Assembly: GCF_001447785.1 (NCBI RefSeq)
Contig: NW_015170299.1
Coordinates: forward strand, 1 to 64,000
From: Gekko japonicus
Lineage: Eukaryota
DNA: 64,000 nucleotides
Direction of reading: 5' to 3'
Below, piece by piece: positions 24,697 through 37,941 of the stretch (position 1 is its first letter; the number at the start of each line of letters is the position of its first letter). Under the pieces are notes generated by a model that was given only the letters and a program-made list of their open reading frames with translations, was not told the origin of the DNA and made no database searches. A program made the translations under genes and the position numbers.

Positions 24697-24932
24697 AGCC
24701 AGTGTGGTATCGTGGTTAAGAGTGGCAGACTCTAATCTAGAGACCCCAGTTTGATTCCTCACACCGCCACATGAAGCCAGCTGGGTGACCTTGGGTCAGT
24801 CACAGTTCTCTCAGAACTCTCTCAGCCCCACCTACTTCACAGGATATCTGTTGTGGGGAGAGGAAGGGAAGGTGATTGTGAGACTCCTTGAAGTAATGAA
24901 GAGTGGGATATAAAACCAACTCTTCTTCTTCT
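24697..24932 (+). mobile_element. Squam3-like SINE
   Basis: A/B boxes and body match 9160-9430; (CTT)n tail. Confidence 0.8.
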
Positions 24933-25600
24933 AAAAATAACCACTGTATAATTTACCCCATTTCACAAAGGCAGGTATTAAACATAAGATAGCCCCATAA
25001 ACAACAACAAAAAAAACAGATTCAACTACTGGTTCATAAAAGTGTGTTTATACAGTTATCTTCAAAACCAAATAAAATTTCTCTGCAGTACTAAAATCTG
25101 TAAGGCTAAGTTAAAATGATGGAAAAAAATATTATCTTAGTATGGGGTTGTGTGATTTTTTTCTATGCATTAGTACAAGATGGTTTTGCAGCAATTCTTT
25201 TACTAATAGATTTTGAAGGTAGGCAACACCAATGATTTGCAATACACTTCCCTCTTTCTCAATTTATATTTGTTTTACATGATTCCTTCATTTAACCTTG
25301 CAGTTCTTTCTTTCCCCCATTTTTTGCCTTCTCTTTTCCTTCAAGCTGGAAAAGCAGAAGTTAAGTGGGAGGTTTAAGAACCAGCTAGAAGAGGCAGCTG
25401 CAGTTCTTTCCTAATTCTCTCAGAGAAAGACCCATTTTACTCTTGAGAGACTTCATATCCTTCTCTTTCCTGATGAGAGGCTCAGTAAGATCCAATCTCA
25501 ATCCCTTACCTTCCAATGATTTGGGTCACTTTCAGGATAAGTACCTAACATTTAATCCATCTCAGTTTGAGCACACCATGAAGGCCCTTTCTAATCCCAG

Positions 25601-26044
25601 AGACAGTTCACAGAATCATCTTCAGCAGCCCGTAACACTATTTGTGTGTGTGTGTGTATCAGAGTCATCCACATGATATACAGGAGAGCTATTTTCAGTG
25701 GAAAGTACTCCCATAGACAGTTCACAGAATCATCTTCAGCAGCCCGTAACTCTGTGTGTGTGTATATCAGAGTCATCCACATGATATAAAGGTTCCCTTG
25801 CTCAAAAGCCAGTCGAATCCGACTCTAGGGTTGCGGTGCTCATCTCCGTTTCAAAGCCGAAGAGCCAGTGCTGTCCGAAGACATTTCCGTGGTCATGTGG
25901 CTGGCATGACTAAACACCAAGGTGCACGGAACGCTGTTACCTTCCCACTGAAGTGGTACCTATTTATCTACTTGCAATTTCTTGCTTTCGAACTGCTAGG
26001 TTGGCAGGAGATATACAGGAGAGCTATTTTCAGTGGAAAGTACT
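25601..26044. repeat. About 114-bp tandem duplication whose second unit is interrupted by a Sauria SINE
   Basis: Unit 1 is 25601-25714; unit 2 is 25715-25788 plus 26010-26044. Confidence 0.85.
25789..26009 (-). mobile_element. Sauria SINE, 5'-truncated, TSD GATATA
   Basis: Homologous to 34446-34784; GATATA at 25783-25788 and 26010-26015. Confidence 0.85.
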
Positions 26045-28691
26045 GACCTGGCGATATTCTTTATAAGTTGCTGCAGTCTCACAAATCACTACTGGCAGCT
26101 GCGTATAGAAGCTGTGGCTCATATCATACATACCTCCATGAGGCCTTTGCTAGGTCACAAGGCTGCCAAGGAGACCCACACAGTTTTGGAGCAATCACAT
26201 GGGGCAGATGCTCACAGTCTGAATCAGGTTTTTAATTTCACCTGTTGTCATTACCATTATCCAGGATGTCATAAACAGACATAACCCCCATCATCACTAC
26301 TACAAGTGACACAATCTTGGAGGTCCAGTGGCCTCTATTTAGTACCCTGTACTTTTTCACATCCACCTTTACAATGAGCCTGTAATACTGGAAACACTTT
26401 TAATTGTTTTGTGTATATTAACTCTGATCTGTTGTATATTTAATCTTTCCCCCCCCTTTCCTTGGCATTATTTGGGAATAACAAGAAGTTTATAGTTTAT
26501 CAATATGGGAAGGAGCCTGGGGAATACTTGGGATAGTGCACTCCTCCTTCCTTTTATCTTTTCCCCCTCTTGAGTGGCCTGAAAATTCTGCTCTTGTGGA
26601 AGACCACGGTTTGTGGTTCAGGTTTATTTATCTGTTAGAACATTTACATGCTGCCTCCCCAGAGATCTGTTGTGTAGTAGATCAGTGATGCAATCACTAT
26701 TTATAGTTTGCCAGCTCTGAGTTGGGAAATTCATGCTTCTATATGTTTTATTTCCCATTTATTTTTCTCAGTTTGTTCTTCTCTCTCCATTCTCACTCCC
26801 CTTCTCTTAGAAGAATCCCATTACCTAGTCTACTAGGCTTAACAGGTGCCTGGTAATGGCAGCCAAACTCCTGGTGATTGCTGCCAGTGCCTCTCTGGTT
26901 GGCAGGTGGAAGCAGGCTGACAAAAGGGTGGGGGAAGCGTTCTTCATTGCTGTGCAATAGTGTCACTTCCAGTGCAGCTCGGCAGTACCAGCACTGCACT
27001 GGGGCGATAATCTCGCACTTGCTTGAAACGCCATAGAGTTTCTGGCTGAGTGCTAGAGCATCATCTCAGTACAATGCCAGCACTTCCAGGTCATGCTGGC
27101 AGTGATATCATCATGTAGGACAAGGGATCACTGCCATCTCACAGTAAGTACCTACTTCCCCCCATTTCCCTCTGGTGGCTAGGCCATACCTGGCTGCTGG
27201 CAACCCTATGTAATATTCAACAAAATGAGACAGTTAAGAGGGCTGTATCACTTAAATTTCAGGTGGGGAATACTATTTTCAGTGTTCCCCTCTGTAAAAA
27301 CTTGAAAGTGAAAAACTATCCCAAGGGGGAACAGGGCTCTAGGCCTCTCTATCCCATGCTACTTGCATGGATTTTCCTGTTTTTACATATTAAAAATATG
27401 ATTCCCCTCCCGCCTGTAGTTTGAAGTACAGCAGTCCATTCCACCACTCCTTCAGGGCTCAAACACCTCATTCCCACCTCCTTTTGTTGCATGGATGATG
27501 CCTAAAACACAACTGAAAAATGGTGGTATCAATGTGATCCAGTGTTTTAGGGTGTTTTGGTCAGACATGAACCAGTTGTGGGTTACCCACCACTTAAAGA
27601 ATAGTGCTGTAGCCAGTCACTTGCATGAGGTAGATTGATGTACATAATCACAGGCTTTCTCTGCAGAGTCTGCCATGGCTACCAGATTTTGTCAGAATTT
27701 TTCAATTCCAAATAGTCTATTATTGACGAGATGCTCAAGGAACGCATAAGAAAAAAGAAACATTTTACTGTTTCTAGTGCTAGTTTCACTGGCATAAAAG
27801 GAGCAAATAGGTTATTATTTATGGGAATGTAGGCTGTAATAGAAGAAAGAGGAATAGTTTTCAACTCCAGATTTCAATAAACTGCTTTAATATCATAAGT
27901 AAAATGTTCCATAATTGTAGAAATATCCCTCTGATTTTTCCTGTCTTGGAAATGATATAAAAATCTGACAATAAAAATGGGCCAATGCAAGGTACAGGAA
28001 AAAGCATTAAAAATACAACAGGGAATAAGCAGCACGAATCCATTTAAAAGCCATTTAAAGAAAAGCCAGTGCCTTAAATCCTGCAAACCATTGTCTCCCA
28101 ATCGTTTTGTCCTATCAGGGAAGCAGCGGGGAAAGGACAAAGTTTAGCAGGGAAGACAACAAATGTCTACAGTTTAGCTCATTAACAATTTATTGCTATA
28201 GGTGTAATAATGAGGCCACCAAGTGAGTGCCAAAGTGAATGATATGAGTGGTGCATCACAGAAAGGAAATGTTTGTCAGAAGTGACTCAGTAGGAAAGTT
28301 AGTGTGCAGTCCGCCTACAGAATTGTGCTTCCTGGCAGCAGTTCCTAAAGGCCTTTCATTTTTAATGAGGGCAACAGGAGGGGAAAGTGTTACATTTACC
28401 CACAAAAGAAAGTCTAAGGACATCATCTTCACTCCACTGAAGCCAATAGCTTTTCGCTGCCGTGTTATTAGCAAAAATGCCAAGTCATCGCACAAGTCAG
28501 TAGGAGGCGACCTGGCATTCTTGAATGTACTGCCAGATACATCAATGTATTCTCTGTGGGGTTTTTAAAAAGTATTTGAAACACAAAATATCACGGATGG
28601 TGCTTAAGAGGGTGAAGACAGATAGATGACCATTTTACCATGTAATAGTTTTTTACCACATGGCTGTGTGATCATCTGTATTGCTATGCTA

Positions 28692-28866
28692 TGGGCTGGA
28701 TCCAACCAGCTTTTCCGCTGGTGAAAAATGAAGGAGGGGATCCCCTTTGATCACCAAAAAGGGGGTGCATGGGACCTGCATACAAAAAAGCCATGTGGGA
28801 TGAGGAGCTGAAGGAAGGAGGGGACTTAAGTAATACTGAGAGAGAAAAACTGGCTAGATTCAACCC
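28692..28866. mobile_element. Small TIR element (second copy at about 45306-45480)
   Basis: Imperfect inverted ends GGGCTGGATCCAACCAGCTTTTC / GAAAAACTGGCTAGATTCAACCC; a homologous body lies at 45306. Confidence 0.55.
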
Positions 28867-29129
28867 TGTAATTTTTTCTGCCACACATTCTTAGCCTGTA
28901 CCATAGTTTCCACATGACCATATGGTCTTAGGTATTAATAAAAAGAATACACTAGAACTAAAGGCTTTAGCTTCTCATTTAAAGCATTACCACGTGATTA
29001 TACACTTCAAAATATGCCCTTCAACAGATTAAGTACAAATACTAGAAGCACACACAGGTGAAACCAGTGACAACTCCTGAATCACACACCAGCTAAGAGT
29101 GGCTACTTGGATTTGTAATTTGATGTGTA

Positions 29130-29330
29130 TGTGTAGAAGTACCGTCAAGTCACAGCCAACTTATGGTGACTCCATGGGGTGTTCAAGGCAAGAGATGTTC
29201 AGAGGTGGTTTCCCATTGCCTACCTCTGCATAGCAACCTGGGAGTTTTTGTTGTGGTCTCCAAGTACTAAGCAGAGCCAACCCTGCTTAGCTTCTGAGAT
29301 CAGGCAAGCCTGGGCTATCCAGGTCAGGGC
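29130..29330 (-). mobile_element. 5S rRNA-derived SINE
   Basis: Same GCCCTGACCTGGATAGCCCAG head and 5S-like GAAGCTAAGCAGGG as 15500-15718. Confidence 0.7.
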
Positions 29331-30180
29331 TGGTCCCATTTAAATCAGCGTAAACATTCTATTTGTAAACAAGCATTTTCACAAAGGCGGCCTCAATGGG
29401 TAATTCTTTTCTGGTGATGCAATGCAGATGACAGAAAATAAACCTGCCCAAGCACCACTGCAGCAGAATTAGGAGCAACAAGCATATCGGATGCAAATAG
29501 CATGCGAGGAAGTCCGAACTTTTTGTAAACAAAACGCAGCCTTCTCAATCTGCAGTGTTGAGAACAAGGATATTAGCACTGGAAGGGGGTACTTAAAACC
29601 TTTCCAAATACTCAAAATTCCTCTCCCCCACCCATTTCCAGATGTGTAATTAATTGCACAAATATGAATCTAGAAAATCTATTTTGGAGCAAGTTTGCAT
29701 TAAATAAAATGGCTGGTAAGGGTTAAGCACCCTTTCCCTTACTACTACTCCACTCAAAAGTACAATACTTCAAGACTGCTTGTAATTTGAGCATGTATTT
29801 GCGTATAACAAATACCAATTAGATTCCCCCCCCCCCGGCTTCAGAGCAGCTGTGTTGCACAGAAACCTTTACATTACAGTATAGCACTGTAATGAGCAGA
29901 GTTTTGGTGTGCCATGAAGAGGAATCAGTGCAGTCAAGCCAGTGTGACATCCTAGGGCCAGACTGTGGCCTATAAAATGAGTGTTTGATGGCCTTCCAAG
30001 CCAGATTCCCAGTTCAAACAGTGCATGCTCTTGCAGTGCTCTGCAGACAGCCTATACTGCTGTCTGCTGCTAAAAGCTGGGGAGGCAAAGCCAGAACAGT
30101 GACTCATGCAGACACTCATTGGCCAGCCTCCTGTGTCACTGGGTATTTTTGGTCTACAAAAACCTTTGATTATTGAATAA

Positions 30181-31688
30181 CAGGCAGTAAAGCCCGTTGT
30201 GAAAGCAATACAACGAGATCTAGAAAGAGGCTCTGGGGCAGTGCTCTGGCTTTGGGCAAACAGTGTTAATTTGCTGTGGTGACCTCAGCAGGGTATAATG
30301 ACAGAGTCCACTGTTTTCTCCAGAGGAACTGATCTCTGCTACCTGAAGAGCAGTTGTAATTGTGAGTGATCTGTAGCCCTCACCTGGAGATTGGCAGCAA
30401 TTGTTACCCAGGACAAAATGGCTGGTTTGGAGGGTGTAGTCTATGGCATTCTACCTGTCTGAGGTCCCACCCCTCTGCAAACCCCACCCTCTCCAGGCTC
30501 CACCCCTCAAATCCCCAGGAATTTGTCAGCATGTAGTTGGCGACCCCATCTCCTTCCCAGCTAACCATCAACCTACCATTATCTGCCCCTTTGACTTCAG
30601 CTGACTTCTGCCCTCCCTTCTGCAGAGCAGTTGCAATTCTGAGTGCTCTCCAGCCCTCACCTGGAGATTGGCAACAATGGTTCCCTATGTGGGACTGACT
30701 GGTTTGGAGGGTGGAGTCTATGGCAGTGTACCTGTCTGAGGTCCCACCCCTCCTCAAACCTCACCCTCTTCAGGCTCCATCCCTCAAATCTCCAGGAATT
30801 TCCCATCTGGAGTTGGCAACCCTATCAGGACTGGCCCCAATGTGTTTTCTCCCAAAGGCCAAAGTAGGTGACAGGACCAAGCTTAGTTGCCTACCAACAG
30901 GCACTGAGGGGAATGTAGGGTTGCCAGCTCTAAGGAGGGAAATACCTGGAGGTTTGGGGGGTGGATTCTGTAGAGGGCAGCATTGGGCAGGGGGGCGGAA
31001 GGACTCAGCAGGTATAATGTCATAGGGTCTACCCTCCAAAGCATCCATTTTCTCCAGGGGAACTGATCTCTGTCATCTGGAGATCAATTGTAACAGTGGG
31101 AGATCTCCAGGTCCCACCTGGAGATTGGCAACCCTAGGGGAAAGTCAGCTGCACAGCAGGGGGTTGAAGAGAATGGTTTGATGGCTGCTGGGCCAAGATT
31201 GGCAACAATAGTTCCCCAGGAGCAAATAGCTGGGTTGGAGGGTGGAGTCTATGGCACTGTAACCTGTCTGAGGTCCCCATCTCCCCAGGCAGCTTTTAAA
31301 ACATGATCCTGGGACCTACACACCACCAGACATTCCAACTGCCTTGCGGGGGGGAGTATGAGGTGTGGAATGGAGTGAAGTCCAATCAGCTTCCATAGCC
31401 TCTGCCTAGGGAAAGGGCAGCGGACATCATTCTCCTCTCCCCTATGTGGTATGTTATGCAACTGAAAATCCCAACTGCCTTGCGGGGGAGGGGGGGGTTT
31501 GAGGTGTGGAATGGAGTGAAGTCCAATCAGCTTCCATATGCAAATGACCTTGGAACGCTGGGCGGGACTGCACAAAGCAGCCAGTCAACCCAGCCAGTGT
31601 CTTCTGAGTGGCAGTTCTTCCGGCCAAACACTAAAGGCGGGCATTTTAGAATTTTGGTGCCCACTACTCAATTATAATAAGGGAGAGA
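30181..31688 (-). mobile_element. Non-autonomous Helitron-like element (copy 1), containing hAT MITE sequences
   Basis: 5' end A|TCTCTCCCTTATTATA; 3' hairpin CGTTGT...ACAACG, then a degenerate CCTG|T at the same spacing as CTAG|T in copy 2. The last ~210 bp are homologous to about 48415-48633. Confidence 0.6.
30916..31136. mobile_element. Intact hAT MITE (TAGGGTTGCCA TIRs)
   Basis: TAGGGTTGCCA...TGGCAACCCTA; 8-bp TSD GGGGAATG (30908-30915) / GGGGAAAG (31137-31144). Confidence 0.85.
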
Positions 31689-31783
31689 TGTATTTCTAAC
31701 AATACACTGGCAGATCTCTGGGGGTACACAGTTTGGGGACTTCTGCTCCAGTGGTACCAGTTTTTATGCTGAGTAGTTGCCAT

Positions 31784-32022
31784 TAGGCTTCCCAAGTTCC
31801 CCCGGGGTGCAGGGAAACCCCCACCCCAGAGGCCTGTTTCCCGCTGCCGGCGGATCGGGCCCTGGGGGGAACCCCACCCCGACGTGTGCGTCACCCGGAA
31901 GTGACGCAACCACGCCGGGCACGCTGGGGGCAGGGCCATGGTCATCCAAGGGAAAACTCTATGGTTTTCAGCTGCGGCGTGGGAGTCACCCGGTAAGGAG
32001 ATATTTTGACTTGGAAACCCTA
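31784..32022. mobile_element. CpG-rich hAT-like MITE
   Basis: Termini TAGGCTTCCCAAGT / ACTTGGAAACCCTA, flanked by GTTGCCAT on both sides (8-bp TSD). Confidence 0.75.
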
Positions 32023-33344
32023 GTTGCCATGCTGGAGGCAATATGAAAATATGGGGCTCTCATGTTGCTCCAAGCTTCTAGTGTGCCTTGCATAAACTCA
32101 GAATGGCATCCCAAATGCAGAGTTCTAGGGCCCTTTCTGTGGCACTGTTAGCCAAACACAGTGTGAGACACCTGTGCAAAGTGAATACTAGAGATCCCAC
32201 ATCTGATGCTACTCTAATAGCTCCTGCTGCTCAACCTGTCTCCTGGTGACCAGAAGCAGCTGCAGCAGTTCACAGGGCCAACACCCTCTCCCTGCCAACA
32301 CTCCAAGCGCAAAACCTGCACAGAAACAGATTGCGCCCAGTGAAATTCATCATTAAAAGAATCATATATAAAATCTCAGGTCTTGCTCTAAACAGTAATA
32401 CTGTAATAAAAATCAATAGGTCGTTTCTCTCCAGGAGGCACATAAAAGATTAATGGAAAGTCAAAAGAACGGTGTCCTTCCTCCTGATATTCTCAGCCGC
32501 TGCTGTTTCCTCCTTTGTGGAAATCAATTAAAAGTGTATGGGGGCCTCTGCTGGGAAACATGGCAAATCGAGACGCTTCAGACTCTGGATTCTGCATCTA
32601 GACCTTCAGTGCTGCAACACTCATCTCCCAGGACACCAGTTATCCAGAGCCTTCACTACTCCACACTTAAACTGGGCCTATATAGATGAGGTTTCGTAAG
32701 CCAAAGTACATGGTAGAGCCAAAACTAATAGGAGCTGTAAGAGTGAGACAAGGAGCTGATTTGGTGGGGAATTCTTCACCCTTGCTTTATCTAGCTATTT
32801 TACAATGAATTGATGCTGAGGCTGAATTTATGGTCATTCACTTAACACTGGAGATAAAATGCCGTTTCTCTGCCAGGCCGTTCTTAAAGGTAAACACTCT
32901 CATTTCGGCTGTCTGACTCCTTCTGCTTCCAAACAAAATATCAACACAAGGCTCTTGCTGGTTGATATATTTATAGTCCGAAATACAAAAAAAGCAGTTG
33001 AAGATGTACCAGCTATACAACCTTTTTGAGAATCCTTTCTCAAGACTGGACTTATATTCAAGCCATGCCTACAAACTCAATCTCCAAAGATGAAGCTCCT
33101 AATTCTGGCACAGTGTCAATCTCTCTAATGAGGCGTTTTGGCCTATATATCAACCAGCAAGAGCCTTGTGTTGAAACATTATGCTCATAATGTACATTTG
33201 TATTGCTGTGGTAATTGCCTCAGCCCTGTTGATGGTTCACAGACTTAAGTCAGCAATCCTAAGAAGTATCATACCCCGACTCCTGCTCAAGTCAATTCAA
33301 AGCAGCTTACCTTCAGGAAAGTGCTCTCAGGATGGCACTGTGTG

Positions 33345-33666
33345 GTTAAGAAGGAAATACCTGCCATCACAGAGAGTGATTAAAATGTGAAATTTGCTGC
33401 TAGAGGACATAGTGATGGCCATATGAATAAACAGCTTTAAAGGGGGATTAGATAGATTCATGGAGTAATACAATGAAGTAAGTCTATCAGTGGCTACTAG
33501 CCATTAACTAAGGGGAACCTCTAAACCTCTGAATCCCAGGGGAAGGTCTTAGCCTCCATGCACTGCTGTTGGCCACCCAGAAGAACTTTTTGGCTGCCGT
33601 GTGAGACAGGATGCTGGACTAGATGGACCACTGGTCTGGTCCAGCACGGCTTTTCTTATGTTCTTA
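33345..33666 (+). mobile_element. Older CR1-type LINE 3' end
   Basis: GGACTAGATGGACCACTGGTCTGGTCCAGCA 3' stem and TTCTTATGTTCTTA tail. Confidence 0.6.
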
Positions 33667-34445
33667 AACTCAAGAGGCTGCCGGGGTGTGTGTGTGCTTT
33701 GTGGATCCAGCCTATTGCTATGTCATGCTTGTGTTCTGAACACAAACTATGCCATTGATGATGATAACCTACACACCAGCTTAGAAAAGTATCATTTTAC
33801 TGAATGCTTCCAAAATCTCTGAAGTGTTCATTGACAAAATGTCATTTGAAAGTATGAACTATGATATGGGAATAGGGTAAGTTACATTCTTATGAGCTCA
33901 TTAATTTTTAATTTAAAAAACAAAACAAGCCATTACAACCAGATTTCAATCATCAGTAAAAATACAAAATAGCTGCACATACAAAGTAAAAAGGGGGTTG
34001 GAATTTAGGAAAGGCTGAAGAATGGGGGCGAAATCAGACAGATATAATTGGGACTAACAAATCTTCGTTTCTAAATCCTTATTTTATTTCTGTACAGGTA
34101 CAAGCACAAGCCAAGGCACTTGGTATTTCAATCTCCTGTCTATTTAATTAATACCAGCTATGTAGGGAGGGATTTTTACTCCCAACATTGTATGAACATC
34201 CTGCAAAGGAATGTAAGAGAGTTGCAACACACTCACAGAGAGAAAACTCCTCAGCATTCAAAATTTCACAGGGATTGTAACTCCAGTCAAGGCCTTCTCA
34301 AGCAATGGTTGCCAATAATACGGCAGGAAGACCTTCCCAGACCAGCCACGAAAGACAACTACTACCCTAATGTTATCAGAAATTTTCTAGCTTTACAAAC
34401 CAAATGTATAAACCTTTAACTTTGGTAAATGCTACTAGGTTCAGT

Positions 34446-34784
34446 GGGGCCGTGGTGGCTCAGAGGTTAAGATTCTGAGCTGCAGATTGGAAGGTCTGTA
34501 GTTTGGCAGTTCAAGATCTGAATGCCACATGACGGAGTGAGCTCTGGTCTCTGGCCCCGCTCCTGCCAACTTAGCAGTTCGAAAGCAAGAAATTGCAAGT
34601 AGATAAACAGGTACCGCTTCGGTGGGAAGGTAACAGCGTTCTGTGCACCAAGGCATTTAGTCGTGCCGGCCACATGACCACGGAAACATCTTCAGACAGC
34701 GCTGGCTCTTCGGCTTGGAAGCAGAGATGAGCACCACACCCTAGAGTGACTTGCTTTCGAGCAAGGGAAACCTTTGCCTTTACT
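34446..34784 (+). mobile_element. Sauria SINE, full length
   Basis: tRNA-like head, ACCTTT-type tail, and a 13-bp TSD TACTAGGTTCAGT (34433-34445 and 34785-34797). Confidence 0.9.
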
Positions 34785-37700
34785 TACTAGGTTCAGTAGG
34801 GCTTACTCCCAAGTGTAGGAGACTGTGGCCTTAGTACAATGACACAGGATGAACCACTGTGAGAAAATTGTTAAATGGATTACTGAGACAGTGCAGTGAT
34901 GATTTTCAAAGTGTAATTCAGAGTAATCATTGGATGATATACTACTGCCATTTTCTTGGCTCTGGGACTACAACTATTGTGCTATCTTTCCCTGTATAAG
35001 GCACAATTCACTATATAGCACGTAACTGAGTGCTCTGGCCAGAAGTACATGGGGCAGGTTCCTACTGGTTTTTTTTTTGGGGGGGGGGTACCTTCTGCTA
35101 TCCCTTCAGGGCATTTTTGAGATCTATGATAATATGTTCTATTTTATCCATCACAGTACAAATCTCAGCTAACCATTTAAAAAAAAGCCCAGTCAGCCTG
35201 TGTGTCAGTTCCAAGAATTTGTGTAAAAATCAGAATTTTTGTTTGGTTGCAAGAATTAAAGTACTTTATATGCATAATTTGCATGCCTGATACTGTGTAA
35301 TTCATGCAGCCAAGCTATTAAAGCTCAAATCCAGTTCACCATTTCACTTGGTGCTGTATGAGACTGCAGAATACACACGTATCCCTTCTGTAACTGCTCC
35401 CCACAGGTTCTGTTGAAGCAAAGCAGGCACACTAGGTGACAGCAAAGTAGCAATACCAGGGGCAGTTCCATGCTGTGCTTTTTGTCTAATTTTCTCAATG
35501 ATTATGCTTAAGGGCATATTATTCTGTGTTTCTCAACTGACCTCCATAGTAAAAATATCATTGATATATGTAAATCAGAACTCTGTTTTCTGAAACTAAA
35601 GGCTCAAATTTATCCACGCTATTAAGCTTTCCCCCCCATTTTAGTTTCTTATAAGAACTCACCAGCAATTGTTCAATTAATTGGGGTTAATGGGATTAAT
35701 TGATTAATCCCACCCTTTCTTGTTGTAGACACACACACACACTAATTGTGTGGTCCTTACAGACTCCTTTAAAAGCATTCTGAGCAACATAAAACCAGAG
35801 ATTTAATGTCATCCATCCATAATCTCATAATTTGCATTTCGTTGTTAATTCTTTAATAATAATATAGTTTAGATCCAACTGCTGTAGGCCTTGAATAGAA
35901 GATTTAGACCCTTTGGGAATCAGGCCATGGGACTCGCCTGGAATTTTCGTCAGAAAGGCTCACACCTAGGATCAAGCCATCATCCATGTCAATGACATCT
36001 CTGTTGCCACAGACTTCCACAGCCTTAGCATACCGTGAAGATCTACATGTGATCCTGGCACTGATCTAGGTTTGCATACAGAAAAGGTATAAAGCAGTTT
36101 TAGTTACTTACGTCTGGGACTTGTAAGAGAACTACAGGACAGTTTGTACCAGAGATTTGTCAGAAACATTTGCTCCAGGGGATGTATGATTGTCATCTCG
36201 GTTAAACTGGCCTTATACCTTCACTTTGGAATGAAATGGCACAAGTGTTCTAGGGATGCTGGCTGTGCCTTTATTACATCCTGATCCATCAGCTTCATAC
36301 AGCATATGGCAACCTCTGGCAATGAGGTGTAAGCAAGCAGAGAGAAATTTATTTCAGGTAAAACTGAAATTATATCACAGGCATTTTTCCATACCTGGAA
36401 ATAAAGAGTAGAATTAAACCACCACTAACAGGGCAGCTTTTGGAAGCACATTAGCACAATGCTCAAAAGTTTGCATTGACTTCCAAGCAGAATTCAACAG
36501 CTTTTGTTACACAGTCTTGACCTGCCGCATCATCTCCATTCATCAAGATCTTCTGAGTGGCCTTTCCAAGTGCAATACAAATGTCAAAGACACTAATCAA
36601 GATTAGTTTTAAGGTACCCTATCCTTCAAAAGAAACAACCGCAACCATTCAGCTAGGGCGACAGCATTACACCAACAAAGTCCCATGTATCTTCCTCCCA
36701 CAATGAAAGCAAATAGACAAAATATAGAACGCCTAAAACTTCAAGAAAGTGTACAAATTTTGGAAAGATTGCCCCACTGTAGCAGCCTTAATATTCCTTC
36801 CCAGTTCAACTGATACAGGCCTGGCTCTCCTATCCTGTTATTTTAGTTGGCAGCTAAACAAATCTGGTCTCCATTTGTGATTCTGCTGTCTATTAATTGG
36901 TGCATGCTTGCTAAAGGCCTGATCTGTGAATGATGGAACTGCAGGGTGCCTTCAGAATTTGAGAGCGTTCTTATTGATAAAATCACTATGAACCCAAGTT
37001 TCTGTTGAGAACACACAGGATACTGACTAGTCTTGCACTAGTAAGAGCTCCAGCCTGTTAATAGGTGAAAACAGCTAAAAATGTCTTGCAGTAAAGGAGT
37101 TATCAGCATAGATCTGTATATATGAAACAAGTGGGGGTTTTTAACGCAAATTGTGTTTGGGTTGAATGGAGGCACTTGGAAGGAACCACCAAGGAGATAT
37201 GCCTTCGCTAAAGAAGCCTTAACAGAAAGAAAACTCCCCCTCTGCTCTATATAAATTGCCCCAGTACAGGCATAACAGCCTACACACATACTGCCGTCTG
37301 CAATACACCCCAAACTGACAGACAGAGTTTCTTTCTTACTAAACCCAAGTCATGTACATTTAAAAGAAAACGTTGTATATTTAGACACTATATAAAAGAA
37401 AATCCATATACCGTTAAGCTTATTTAAAAACAAAGAATATAGTCTATGTCTTGATGCCAAATATTTTACAGTGATGCTTTGTTAAGAACCATTAATATAT
37501 TGCACATCATAATTTAAACTTTTTAATGTCATTCTCTATAAAGGAGTTCATTCATTATCAGCACTGACCATACAGTGATACAGAACTGTAGCTACACCCT
37601 CGCATATTTAAAGAACAAGATACATAAATAGGTTAAAAAGCTACACCACACACAATAGTTGTTTTATGTCCAATTTGACATTGGATTAAGGTTACAGTAG

Positions 37701-37788
37701 TGGCTTTTTGTTCTTCCACAGAATGTACAGATGGTACCACATAACAGAGCTGTGCAAATTGTGGTTCTGGGTAGAGGGAAGGAAACAA

Positions 37789-37941
<153 letters not shown>

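Noticed and set aside
25601-25790. CRISPR-like repeat array
   Set aside because: Only two long units with no spacers, in vertebrate DNA.
27861-28570. Possible hidden gene or conserved enhancer in repeat-poor intergenic DNA (also about 32400-32700 and 35300-36400)
   Set aside because: No convincing exon chain or domain; conservation cannot be judged without alignments.
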